A stretch of 51,548 nt of DNA, from positions 1 to 51,548 of the forward strand of contig DIZH01000011.1 of NCBI GenBank assembly GCA_002429325.1, in the 5' to 3' direction. A program made the translations under genes and the position numbers. Positions 8,913 through 16,679 of the stretch are shown one piece after another; position 1 is the first letter of the stretch, and every line of letters begins with the position of its first letter. The DNA is from Patescibacteria group bacterium UBA6033. Lineage in GTDB: Bacteria > Patescibacteriota > Minisyncoccia > Phycocordibacterales > Phycocordibacteraceae. The notes under the pieces were generated by a model that made no database searches, had not been told where the DNA came from, and saw nothing but the letters and a program-made list of their open reading frames with translations.

Positions 8913-9434
8913 ATGAGCACCCGATCTCGCGGCTTCACCCTCATCGAATTACTAGTCGTAATAGCTATTATCGGAATTCTCTCCTCGGTCGTTCTAGCGT
9001 CCCTCAACACTGCGCGCGGAAAGGCGCGCGATGCAAAACGTCTTTCCGATATGCACCAAATCCAGATCGCACTCGAACTGTATTACACCAAAAATGGAAA
9101 TTATCCTGCCTCAAACAATTCAGGCTGCGGCGGATGGGAATCCACTGGCTCTGACGCAACGAATAATGATTTCATATCCGCGCTTGTCGCGGATAACGAC
9201 ATATCCAATGGTGTCAAAGATCCTGTAGCTGCATGGGAGAGTACCTGCGGAAATTATGCCTATTACCGATATCCGGCAAATTACACTGGGTGTACGACCC
9301 CGTTTTATGTTCTTGGTATACGCGTAACGGACGGATATGGTTCGGGAAAATATCCTACAAGCCCCGGGTGGAGTTGTCCGACTCGTGATTGGCAAGCGGA
9401 ATTCAGCTGGGTGTCCGGAAAATACACGCAATAA
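8913..9434 (+). CDS. Type IV pilin / pseudopilin-like protein with a prepilin N-terminal cleavage-methylation motif.
   Basis: MSTRSRG|FTLIELLVVIAIIGILSSVVLASL is the canonical G/FTLIE class III signal with a hydrophobic alpha1 helix. Confidence 0.85.
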   Translation: MSTRSRGFTLIELLVVIAIIGILSSVVLASLNTARGKARDAKRLSDMHQIQIALELYYTKNGNYPASNNSGCGGWESTGSDATNNDFISALVADNDISNGVKDPVAAWESTCGNYAYYRYPANYTGCTTPFYVLGIRVTDGYGSGKYPTSPGWSCPTRDWQAEFSWVSGKYTQ

Positions 9435-9451
9435 ATTGCTATCATTTTATT

Positions 9452-10033
9452 ATGAGATGGATGCTCGGGGTAGACGAGGCAGGGAGGGGACCCTTGGCGG
9501 GGCCGGTTTCAGTGGGGATAGTCGCCGTAGCAGAAGGGTTTGATGTGGCGAAGGAATTTCCCGGCGTTGCTGACTCAAAAAAGCTCAGTGAGAAAAAGAG
9601 GGAAGCACTGTATACGATGCTCAAAGCGCGCGTCGCCAAGGGCGACGCGCGCTTTGCGGTCGAATTTGAAAGCGCTGCCACAATTGATAATGAAGGTATC
9701 GCTGTTGCGGTACGCCGCGCGCTTGCGCGCGGCGTTATGTCACTTGCTCCCGATGCGGCGCTCGTGAAAATACAGCTCGACGGCTCCCTCCGCGCTCCGG
9801 TTGAATATGCGCAAGAAACTATTATTCACGGTGATTCTCTTATTCCGCTTATTTCGCTCGCGTCCATTGCCGCAAAGGTTGAGCGCGACCGCCTGATGTG
9901 CGTGCTCGCTGAAGAATACCCGCAGTACGGTTTTGAAATACATAAAGGTTACGGCACCCGTGCGCACTACGAAGCGTTGGGGGAATACGGCCTCTGTGCT
10001 ATCCACCGCCGGTCATTCATTCATATTGACTGA
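9452..10033 (+). CDS. rnhB: Ribonuclease HII (193 aa).
   Basis: The GVDEAGRGPLAGPV motif follows the Met at 9452. The C-terminal half is typical (GDSLIPLISLASIAAKVERD, GYGT..H). Confidence 0.9.
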   Translation: MRWMLGVDEAGRGPLAGPVSVGIVAVAEGFDVAKEFPGVADSKKLSEKKREALYTMLKARVAKGDARFAVEFESAATIDNEGIAVAVRRALARGVMSLAPDAALVKIQLDGSLRAPVEYAQETIIHGDSLIPLISLASIAAKVERDRLMCVLAEEYPQYGFEIHKGYGTRAHYEALGEYGLCAIHRRSFIHID

Positions 10034-10116
10034 GAGTCGAAATAAGACTACTGTATCGACTTGTGTCCAGTCATGGGGATTGGATGCAAATTGGCCTGAT
10101 AAAGAAGGAGAAGGAA

Positions 10117-10308
10117 ATGAGACAACAAAGGCAGGAGGCGTCAGTGCAACAAGAATTGGCGCCACCGCAGCGGTTGCGGTCACAACAGAAGCAGACAGGT
10201 AGTTGTGCGGTCTGCGAACATGAGGGCATGGATGAATGTCCGCACCGAGAAGAAGGCAGAACGACCTGCAAGTCTTTCGAACCTTCGGGCTCTAGCTATT
10301 GCGCTTAG
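10117..10308 (+). CDS. Hypothetical 63-aa protein with a Gln/Arg-rich N-terminus and a Cys-rich C-terminus.
   Basis: Strong SD AAGGAGAAGGAA immediately upstream of ATG 10117. Sequence MRQQRQEASVQQELAPPQRLRSQQKQTGSCAVCEHEGMDECPHREEGRTTCKSFEPSGSSYCA. A hairpin follows. No family recognised. Confidence 0.35.
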   Translation: MRQQRQEASVQQELAPPQRLRSQQKQTGSCAVCEHEGMDECPHREEGRTTCKSFEPSGSSYCA

Positions 10309-10329
10309 CTACCAACAAATAGCGCGTCC

Positions 10330-10360
10330 ACGCCGCCCGCACATGGGTGGCGTTTGAATT
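10330..10360 (+). terminator. Terminator-like hairpin.
   Basis: ACGCCGCCC (10330-10338), loop GCACAT, GGGTGGCGT (10345-10353), then TTGAATTT (a weak U tract). Confidence 0.45.
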
Positions 10361-10469
10361 TATCCACGACTGTCTATTGACTTTATCCTGAAATAAGATA
10401 GCATATCACCTATCTAGCCCTTAGGGGTCAGATATCAAGCGGTTTCAAAAACGGAACGGAGAACAACGA

Positions 10470-10643
10470 ATGTTGAAAATCGTACTGCTTACGGCAAAAA
10501 GCTCAGTTGCCGAGGCGAGACAAATGCCGCAGAGTGTCGCGACAAAACGCACGATGCAAGGCATCATCGCACCGATGATGTGGTTGCCGGAGATCCTGGC
10601 GGCCATGAAGAGAAAATCTGAGCAAAAAAACCCTCGGCCTTAA
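10470..10643 (+). CDS. Hypothetical 57-aa protein (below the ORF-track cutoff).
   Basis: ATG 10470 is preceded by GGAG with an 8-nt spacer. Sequence MLKIVLLTAKSSVAEARQMPQSVATKRTMQGIIAPMMWLPEILAAMKRKSEQKNPRP. A terminator lies downstream. Confidence 0.3.
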   Translation: MLKIVLLTAKSSVAEARQMPQSVATKRTMQGIIAPMMWLPEILAAMKRKSEQKNPRP

Positions 10644-10673
10644 CGCTAGGCAAAGGGCACCACCGCCACCTCA

Positions 10674-10700
10674 TGAGGGTGGCGTTTTGTATTTTTATAT
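10674..10700 (+). terminator. Rho-independent terminator.
   Basis: CGCCACC (10674-10680) pairs with GGTGGCG (10688-10694), followed by TTTTGTATTTTT. It shares the 3' arm GGGTGGCGTTT with the hairpin at 10345. Confidence 0.6.
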
Positions 10701-10721
10701 CGTCTGTGGTAGGGTTGACCC

Positions 10722-11075
10722 ATGTCAATTCGAATGCGCCACACCCGCGGGCACACCAATAACCGCCGATCGCACCATGCGCTCGTCGCTACAAGCGTGG
10801 TCACTGATAAGGAAACCGGTAATCTCCGCCTCCCTCACCGACTCGACGAGGTCACCGGCATGTACCGTGGCAAGCAGATTGCGGCTCCGCGCAAAGTGCG
10901 TGTCGCAGAAAAGAAGCTGAAAGGTCCATCTACTGAGCCAGTAGCACCTCATGTCCATGAGCATGCACACGAGGACCATGTGAATGCAGACGTCAAAGCT
11001 GCGAAGGGAGTGTCTGGAAAGGTAGCGACCGGCGGACGACCAAAGGCTCGATCTGGTTTCGGCGGCGGCGTGTAG
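10722..11075 (+). CDS. rpmF: Ribosomal protein bL32 with a long C-terminal extension that is His-rich then basic.
   Basis: The N-terminus MSIRMRHTRGHTNNRRSHHAL matches the L32 signature (R..HT..RRSHHAL). The extension contains HVHEHAHEDH. Confidence 0.8.
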   Translation: MSIRMRHTRGHTNNRRSHHALVATSVVTDKETGNLRLPHRLDEVTGMYRGKQIAAPRKVRVAEKKLKGPSTEPVAPHVHEHAHEDHVNADVKAAKGVSGKVATGGRPKARSGFGGGV

Positions 11076-11198
11076 AGCCGTCCAAAAATCTCATCTGCTT
11101 CGTTACGGGTCCCTCTCACTCACTTCGCCGTACCCTCTAGTACGTCTGCGTTCGCTCGCATCCCGTGCCTTGCATCTGAAGATTTTTTAACAGGCTCT
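11074..11198. repeat. Inverted-repeat (MITE-like) element of about 125 nt, copy A. It starts on the AG of the rpmF TAG stop.
   Basis: Termini AGAGCCGTCCAAAAATC (11074-11090) and GATTTTTTAACAGGCTCT (11181-11198) are imperfect inverted repeats. Apical hairpin CGTAC-CCTCTA-GTACG. It looks clearly homologous by eye to 28959-29082. Confidence 0.5.
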
Positions 11199-11283
11199 CG
11201 ATTTCAATAGTTATTCAGAGAAAATTCCGCGGGCATGCTTGCATGCCCGCGGAATTTGCTATACTACCGGCACAGATCTTTTC

Positions 11284-12210
11284 ATGGCTAATCGACACCT
11301 TGCACGTTCCGTCGTCCTGCAAACACTCTTCGAGTGGGACACCACAGGTGTATCAGCGAAAGAAGCTGAGACCATTCTCGCGCGTAATGCAGCTGAGTTC
11401 GGCGGGGAAGATGTCGACCACCCATTTATGGACAGTCTCCTCAGCGGTGTGCTCGCAAAGAAAGAAGACATCGACCTGGTCATCGCCAAGGCAGCGCCCG
11501 AATGGCCGCTTGAACGCATCGCACCGGTTGACCGCAATATCTTGCGTCTCGGCCTCTACGAACTTCTCTTTGCTGACCGTGCGCAAGTCCCAGCAAAGGT
11601 CGCTATCAACGAAGCTATTGAGCTCGCGAAAACATTTGGCGGCGACTCCTCCGGCCGCTTCGTGAACGGCGTGTTAGGTGCGGTCTATAAAGAGCTTGGT
11701 GAACCTGGTAAAGATGAGCAGAGCAACAAGAAAAGTAGTAAAATGAAGTACGAAGATATGCCCCTACAACGTCTTGGTGGTGCGGTGGTCTACTGTAAGC
11801 ACGATGGGCAATACTATCTCGCACTCGTGCATGACGTGTTCGGGCACTGGACGCTCTCCAAGGGAAAGATTGGCGACAACCCCGCAATCGCAGATGAGAC
11901 CGCCGAGCAGGGAACGATTCGCGAAATAAAAGAAGAGATGGGCATTGATATCGTCATCGAGGAGAAAATCGGTGAAAATGAGTATGTCGCGTCGCACCCT
12001 GAGCGCGGGAAATACCGAAAACATGTCATTTACTTCCTCGCTAAGGCCGAGTTCGAGCCACTGCAGCTGCAAAAAGGAAAGGGCGGACTCGACGACACCA
12101 AATGGTTCCGCCTCCAGGACATTGTTGACCTTAATTTCTATGATGATATGCTCCCCATCGTTACGGCAGCAGTCCAAAAGCTTCTCGACCGTTCCTCTTC
12201 CACGAAGTAG
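11284..12210 (+). CDS. nusB: NusB antitermination factor fused to a C-terminal Nudix hydrolase domain (308 aa).
   Basis: The N-terminal half is NusB-like (ARSVVLQTLFEWD..., ILRLGLYELLF, VAINEAIELAKTFGGDSSGRFVNGVL). The C-terminal half carries the Nudix box core ...ETAEQGTIREIKEEMGI (REUXEEXGU). Start preferred at MANRHLAR (11284). Confidence 0.85.
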   Translation: MANRHLARSVVLQTLFEWDTTGVSAKEAETILARNAAEFGGEDVDHPFMDSLLSGVLAKKEDIDLVIAKAAPEWPLERIAPVDRNILRLGLYELLFADRAQVPAKVAINEAIELAKTFGGDSSGRFVNGVLGAVYKELGEPGKDEQSNKKSSKMKYEDMPLQRLGGAVVYCKHDGQYYLALVHDVFGHWTLSKGKIGDNPAIADETAEQGTIREIKEEMGIDIVIEEKIGENEYVASHPERGKYRKHVIYFLAKAEFEPLQLQKGKGGLDDTKWFRLQDIVDLNFYDDMLPIVTAAVQKLLDRSSSTK

Positions 12211-12327
12211 GTATCGTGTTTGCTACCGGCCTCGCAGCGATAAACGCATTTTCTTGTCAGCTCCGCAAGGCTGCGCGAAAATGGCGTATCGCGTCTCCGG
12301 TCTAGCGCAAACACGATACCTACTTCG
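12204..12327 (+). repeat. Long extended hairpin with 21-bp perfect terminal inverted repeats. It covers the nusB-Nudix stop codon and lies 28 nt upstream of rnc.
   Basis: CGAAGTAGGTATCGTGTTTGC (12204-12224) is the exact reverse complement of GCAAACACGATACCTACTTCG (12307-12327). The interior is also largely self-complementary (ACCGG/CCGGT, GCGATA..CGC..ATTTT / AAAAT..GCG..TATCGC). Confidence 0.55.
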
Positions 12328-12355
12328 CGTTTCGTCCTTGTGATATCCTTGAGCC

Positions 12356-13045
12356 ATGCCTGATTTCTCACCTCTTCAACAACGCCTCAATCATTCGTTT
12401 ACGAAACCCGACCTTTTGGTCGAGGCGTTGACGCACCGTTCCTATTTGAACGAGCATCGCGACTATAGCGGCAGCCATAACGAGCGGCTCGAGTTTTTGG
12501 GCGATGCGGTACTCGAGCTTGCGGTCACCAATTTCCTTTTTAAGAGATTCCCTGCAAAGCCTGAAGGCGAACTCACGAGCTATCGCGCCGCGCTCGTAAA
12601 CACGGTCTCGCTCGCTGAGACGGCACAGACGCTCAACATCAATGAGTTCCTTCTGCTCTCGAAAGGAGAGTCAAAAGATACTGGCCGCGCGCGCGATGTG
12701 ATACTCGCGGATGCATTCGAAGCTATCATCGGCGCTATCTATCTTGATGCGGGCTATGACGCGGCTGAGACATTTATTACGAACACTCTCTGCAATAAGA
12801 TTGACGACGTCATCGCGAAGCGCTCCTATCAGGATGCGAAGAGTCGTTTCCAGGAAATCGCTCAGGAGAAACGAGGCCTCACTCCGGCGTACACGACACT
12901 CTCTGAAGTCGGTCCTGATCACGCAAAGGTGTTTACCGTCGGTGTCTTTATCGGTACTGCAGAAATCGCACGCGGGGAAGGGCAGAGTAAACAGGAAGCA
13001 GAGCAGAAAGCCGCTGAAGCGGGACTCGACAAAATGGGATGGTAG
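12356..13045 (+). CDS. rnc: Ribonuclease III.
   Basis: RNase III signature ERLEFLGDAVLEL, catalytic ILADAFEAIIGAIYLD, and a C-terminal dsRBD (GPDHAKVFTVGV...GEGQSKQEAEQKAA). Confidence 0.93.
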   Translation: MPDFSPLQQRLNHSFTKPDLLVEALTHRSYLNEHRDYSGSHNERLEFLGDAVLELAVTNFLFKRFPAKPEGELTSYRAALVNTVSLAETAQTLNINEFLLLSKGESKDTGRARDVILADAFEAIIGAIYLDAGYDAAETFITNTLCNKIDDVIAKRSYQDAKSRFQEIAQEKRGLTPAYTTLSEVGPDHAKVFTVGVFIGTAEIARGEGQSKQEAEQKAAEAGLDKMGW

Positions 13046-13116
13046 TGGCATAGTACTGTCGGATGACGTGCGAGAGGTCGCACGTTGCCATTGAACTTCA
13101 CAAAGAGGAGAAGAAC

Positions 13117-13581
13117 ATGCCCACGATGTACAGTCTGTGGAGAGCGAGCACGATAGTCTTCGTGCTTCAGTTGGCAATGGGTCTGTCGCTGTTCGCCGAG
13201 ACCGGGAACGCCCCGATGTCCGCTATCTGCGTCGGGCTCGTTACCCTGTTGGTCGTGAGCGGCTTTTTGGGTGACGACGTGGCCCGCATGATCGGTGACG
13301 ATATCCAGATGGTCTCGGTCCCGGCAATTCCTGCAACAGGAATTGTTCTCTTCTTGACCATACCGAAGAAAGATCTCTGGGATCTCGTCGGTGGGCTTGT
13401 CTCCCTGATTCTTGCGTTCCTGCTCACGTCTACGATAGCGCTTGTCATAATGCGTGGACGCAAAGGATCAATGCTGCCGTGCTTCATCGCGGTCCTTCCG
13501 CTCGGTCTCGGCACCATCATCGGTGGGGCACTTTTGCTCTATGGTCGCTTATTCGAAACAGCCAACCCGACGAGCACGTGA
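13117..13581 (+). CDS. Hypothetical integral membrane protein (154 aa, about 4 TM helices).
   Basis: Met at 13117 is preceded by AAGAGGAGAAGAAC. It has several hydrophobic helices and its own terminator. It interrupts the common rnc-smc adjacency. Confidence 0.5.
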   Translation: MPTMYSLWRASTIVFVLQLAMGLSLFAETGNAPMSAICVGLVTLLVVSGFLGDDVARMIGDDIQMVSVPAIPATGIVLFLTIPKKDLWDLVGGLVSLILAFLLTSTIALVIMRGRKGSMLPCFIAVLPLGLGTIIGGALLLYGRLFETANPTST

Positions 13582-13604
13582 CGCAATTCGCACATTTTGT
13601 GCAA

Positions 13605-13637
13605 CGCCCCCACTCCATAGTGGGGGCGCAACTTTTT
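13605..13637 (+). terminator. Rho-independent terminator.
   Basis: CGCCCCCACT (13605-13614), loop CCAT, AGTGGGGGCG (13619-13628), then CAACTTTTTA. Confidence 0.65.
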
Positions 13638-13725
13638 ATATGAGGCTCGCCCCGTTAGATAATTTGTCCCATTTCGTGACGCACTATCGTTTCGCTTCCA
13701 TATCTAACGGGGTATACTTTAACTA

Positions 13726-15921
13726 ATGTTGAAGCGTCTCGAGATTGTCGGGTTTAAATCTTTCGCGAAGAAAACCACCATGGACTTCGTGAATTCGACA
13801 ACGGCTATCGTCGGTCCGAACGGGTCCGGGAAGTCGAATGTCGCAGAGGCGTTCCGCTTCGCGCTCGGCGAGCAATCGATGAAGAGTATGCGCGGCAAGC
13901 GCGCCGAGGACCTCATCTGGGGCGGCTCGCATCTTATGCCTCGCGCGAACCGCGCGGCTGTCGTCATTGTGTTTGATAATTCGCGCCGGCAATTCAAGAT
14001 AGATTTTGATGAAGTCGCTATTGAGCGTGCGGTCTTCCGCGACGGCACAAGCGAATACTCAATCAATGGTTCGCGAGTTCGATTGCGCGATATCGAAGAA
14101 CTTCTCGCGAGTGCGAATATCGGTGAGACCGGTCACCACATCATTTCTCAGGGAGAGGCAGACCGCATCCTGCTCGCGTCTCCGCGCGAGCGCCGCGCGA
14201 TGCTTGAGGATGCGCTTGGGCTCAAAATGTATGAGTTCAAGAAGAATGAAGCGATACGGAAGCTTGAGAAGACCGATGAGAATATCGCACAAGTGAATTC
14301 GCTCCGCCGCGAGCTTGCGCCGCACTTACGTTTCCTTGAGAAGCAAGTCGAGAAGATTGAGCGAGCTGATGGAATGCGTACCGAACTGGTGAGTCTCGCT
14401 CAGACCTATTTCGCAATCGAGGATGCGTATCTCGCACAGGAACATGTCAAAGTTGTAGAAGAGAAGCGTGGTGCGGCTGATCGGCTTGCGGTCGCTACTG
14501 CTGACTTGGCACAGATAGAAGAGCGCGTCACGACAGATGCGGAGGGCGTGACGAGACTCGACCTCGTGCGCAGAACCGAGCGAGACTTGGAACGGCTGAG
14601 CAATGAGCGCGAGACGCTCGCACGCGAGATAGGTCGCGTCGAGGGTGCGCTTGCCGCAGCGAAGGAACGTAGTCAGCGCGTCGCTCGAGAACCGTATGCG
14701 AAAGTGCCTCGCGAGGACCTCTCTGCGCTTGCACGGGAAGTAGAACAGCAAGTGCGGGAGGCTGCCACGCCTGAAGCGATACATGCAGCGCTCACCTCGG
14801 TTGGGAAACTCATCAAGATATTCGTTGACCGTTTTGTCGGGCCTTCTGACGATCTGTTGGCTGACGAAGAACGTGCAGCGTATGCGCTTGAGAACGAACA
14901 CAAGGAACTTCTGACCAAAGAAGCACGACTCGCCGAGGAACACGAACGGACGAAATCAGCGCTCGCTCGCGCTCGCGAAGCGCTCACTGCTCATGATGAG
15001 ACTGGTCGAGAGATGCGCCGGCGCATTCTCGATTTGGCGCAGTCCAAGGCGCACGAAGAGAATGCTCTTTCAGCAGCTGCAGCGCGAGAACGCGAACTCA
15101 CGATGCTCGCGGGCGCGCTTGATCGAGCGAAAGCTGAAGCGGGCGCACTCGCTGGTATGGCAGCACTCTCGTATCAGCCGCTCACTGCTCTGCCAGGAGA
15201 ATCTCGCCAAGCGCAGGAAGATCGCAAGCGCTCGCTTGAGCGCATACAGATACGCCTCGAAGAGGCGGGCGGGACGGGTGAAGATATCCGGCAGGAACAT
15301 AAGGAAGTGAGGGAACGCGAAGCGTTCCTCGCGACTGAACTCGAGGATCTTTCAAAGTCAGCGGCAGGACTCCATGCGCTCATAGACGATTTGGATACGG
15401 AACTCGCTAAGCATTTCTCGGAAGGGCTCGCGCTCGTGAATGCGTCGTTCGGCGAATACTTCTCGCTCATGTTCGACGGTGGTGGTGCGCGCCTCGCACT
15501 CGAAGAACCGGAAGATGATACTGAGCTTGAGGGCGAAGAGGATGATGAACCGAAAGCGAAAGAACGACCAGGTATTGAAATCGCGGTGAATCTGCCGAAG
15601 AAGAAAGTGCGCGCCTTGATGCAGCTTTCAGGAGGCGAGCGCGCACTCACGTCCATCGCGCTTATATTTGCGATGAGCCAAGTGAATCCGCCGCCATTCC
15701 TCATCCTCGATGAGACCGACGCGGCGCTCGACGAAGCGAACAGTCGCCGCTATGGCGATATGATTGAGAACCTTGCGAAGAAGTCGCAGCTCATCGTCAT
15801 CACGCACAATCGCGAGACCATGAGCCGTGCGGGCATCCTCTACGGCGTAACGATGGGCAACGACGGGGTAAGCAAGTTGCTATCTGTAAAGTTTGATGAG
15901 GCTGTGAGTGTCGCAAAGTAA
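13726..15921 (+). CDS. smc: SMC chromosome-partition ATPase, unusually short (731 aa), with no recognisable hinge domain.
   Basis: The N-terminal head MLKRLEIVGFKSFAKKTTMDF...IVGPNGSGKSNVAEAFRFALGEQSMKSMRG is canonical SMC. The C-terminal head has LSGGERALTSIALIFA plus the Walker B FLILDETDAALD. The region between is Ala/Glu/Arg-rich coiled coil (roughly aa 170-590). Confidence 0.85.
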   Translation: MLKRLEIVGFKSFAKKTTMDFVNSTTAIVGPNGSGKSNVAEAFRFALGEQSMKSMRGKRAEDLIWGGSHLMPRANRAAVVIVFDNSRRQFKIDFDEVAIERAVFRDGTSEYSINGSRVRLRDIEELLASANIGETGHHIISQGEADRILLASPRERRAMLEDALGLKMYEFKKNEAIRKLEKTDENIAQVNSLRRELAPHLRFLEKQVEKIERADGMRTELVSLAQTYFAIEDAYLAQEHVKVVEEKRGAADRLAVATADLAQIEERVTTDAEGVTRLDLVRRTERDLERLSNERETLAREIGRVEGALAAAKERSQRVAREPYAKVPREDLSALAREVEQQVREAATPEAIHAALTSVGKLIKIFVDRFVGPSDDLLADEERAAYALENEHKELLTKEARLAEEHERTKSALARAREALTAHDETGREMRRRILDLAQSKAHEENALSAAAARERELTMLAGALDRAKAEAGALAGMAALSYQPLTALPGESRQAQEDRKRSLERIQIRLEEAGGTGEDIRQEHKEVREREAFLATELEDLSKSAAGLHALIDDLDTELAKHFSEGLALVNASFGEYFSLMFDGGGARLALEEPEDDTELEGEEDDEPKAKERPGIEIAVNLPKKKVRALMQLSGGERALTSIALIFAMSQVNPPPFLILDETDAALDEANSRRYGDMIENLAKKSQLIVITHNRETMSRAGILYGVTMGNDGVSKLLSVKFDEAVSVAK

Positions 15922-15933
15922 GGCCTGCCCCGT

Positions 15934-16000
15934 AGCCAACGGCGAAGCACGTTGTGGTACTGAGGTGAAGTTTGACGAGGCCGTTGCGGTAGCAAAATAG
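15934..16000 (+). repeat. Diverged tandem duplicate of the last ~66 nt of smc (a relic 3' gene end).
   Basis: 15965-16000 encodes VKFDEAVAVAK-stop, against VKFDEAVSVAK-stop at 15886-15921. That is 25/36 nt identical. 9 of the 11 differences leave the encoded peptide and stop unchanged, and the other two are the Ser-to-Ala codon. The period is 79 nt. Confidence 0.5.
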
Positions 16001-16037
16001 GTGTATAATTTCCCCATTAACCAAATTATTCTTATCC

Positions 16038-16520
16038 ATGTCCACAGAAGGCCCAGGGAAGAACTATAGTCCAGAAGAGATAGAGGCGTTTGAAAAAACG
16101 CGCATTCAAGACCCCGAACAGGCGCAGGAGATGGCAAACATGTTGCGGGTGAGAGTAGGTGAAGAGGCTCCCGTCGCTGAAGATTATGATCGGGCTCTTG
16201 CATACCTAGACGAACTTGAAGAAGAATCGAAACTCAATTCGGAGTCAGTTGATAAGGTGACGAAGCCACTCCGGAACGTTCTCGCGGGAATTGTTGTTGC
16301 TGGAGGAACTGCAGGCGAGTTGCTTGGACTCGCACTTCTGAATCTAGGAACCCATGTCGGCATGTATCCGAAATCAATAAGAGAGGAAGATCGCCGTCGC
16401 TTGGTTGAGAGAATAAAACAAATTCCAGCAGATTTTAAATCACATAGTGATAACTTGTCATCGGCTCGAGAGCTGCTAGAGAAATGGAAAGAGGAAGCAG
16501 AAGCAATTCACAAGAAATAA
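16038..16520 (+). CDS. Hypothetical protein (160 aa) with an acidic N-terminus, one hydrophobic segment and a helical C-terminus.
   Basis: ORF with a TATAAT box at 16004-16009 upstream and a hairpin at 16545 downstream. No family recognised. Confidence 0.5.
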   Translation: MSTEGPGKNYSPEEIEAFEKTRIQDPEQAQEMANMLRVRVGEEAPVAEDYDRALAYLDELEEESKLNSESVDKVTKPLRNVLAGIVVAGGTAGELLGLALLNLGTHVGMYPKSIREEDRRRLVERIKQIPADFKSHSDNLSSARELLEKWKEEAEAIHKK

Positions 16521-16544
16521 TCTTTGAAGGAGTAGAAAATAGAC

Positions 16545-16573
16545 AAACCGCCCCACGAAACCGTGAGGGCGGT
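16545..16573 (+). repeat. 29-nt hairpin repeat, copy 1 (terminator-like).
   Basis: AAACCGCCCCACGAAACCGTGAGGGCGGT is identical to 16885-16913. It folds as ACCGCCC(C)ACG/CGT(GA)GGGCGGT. Confidence 0.7.
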
Positions 16574-16679
16574 CCGACCGCCAAGTAAACCTTGCTCGTT
16601 GGTGGTTCTATGTGTATGTGGTATATCTAGCGTCAGGTGAATCGCGCTGTGCGAGTCACGATCAACAAAGGAGACTTCC

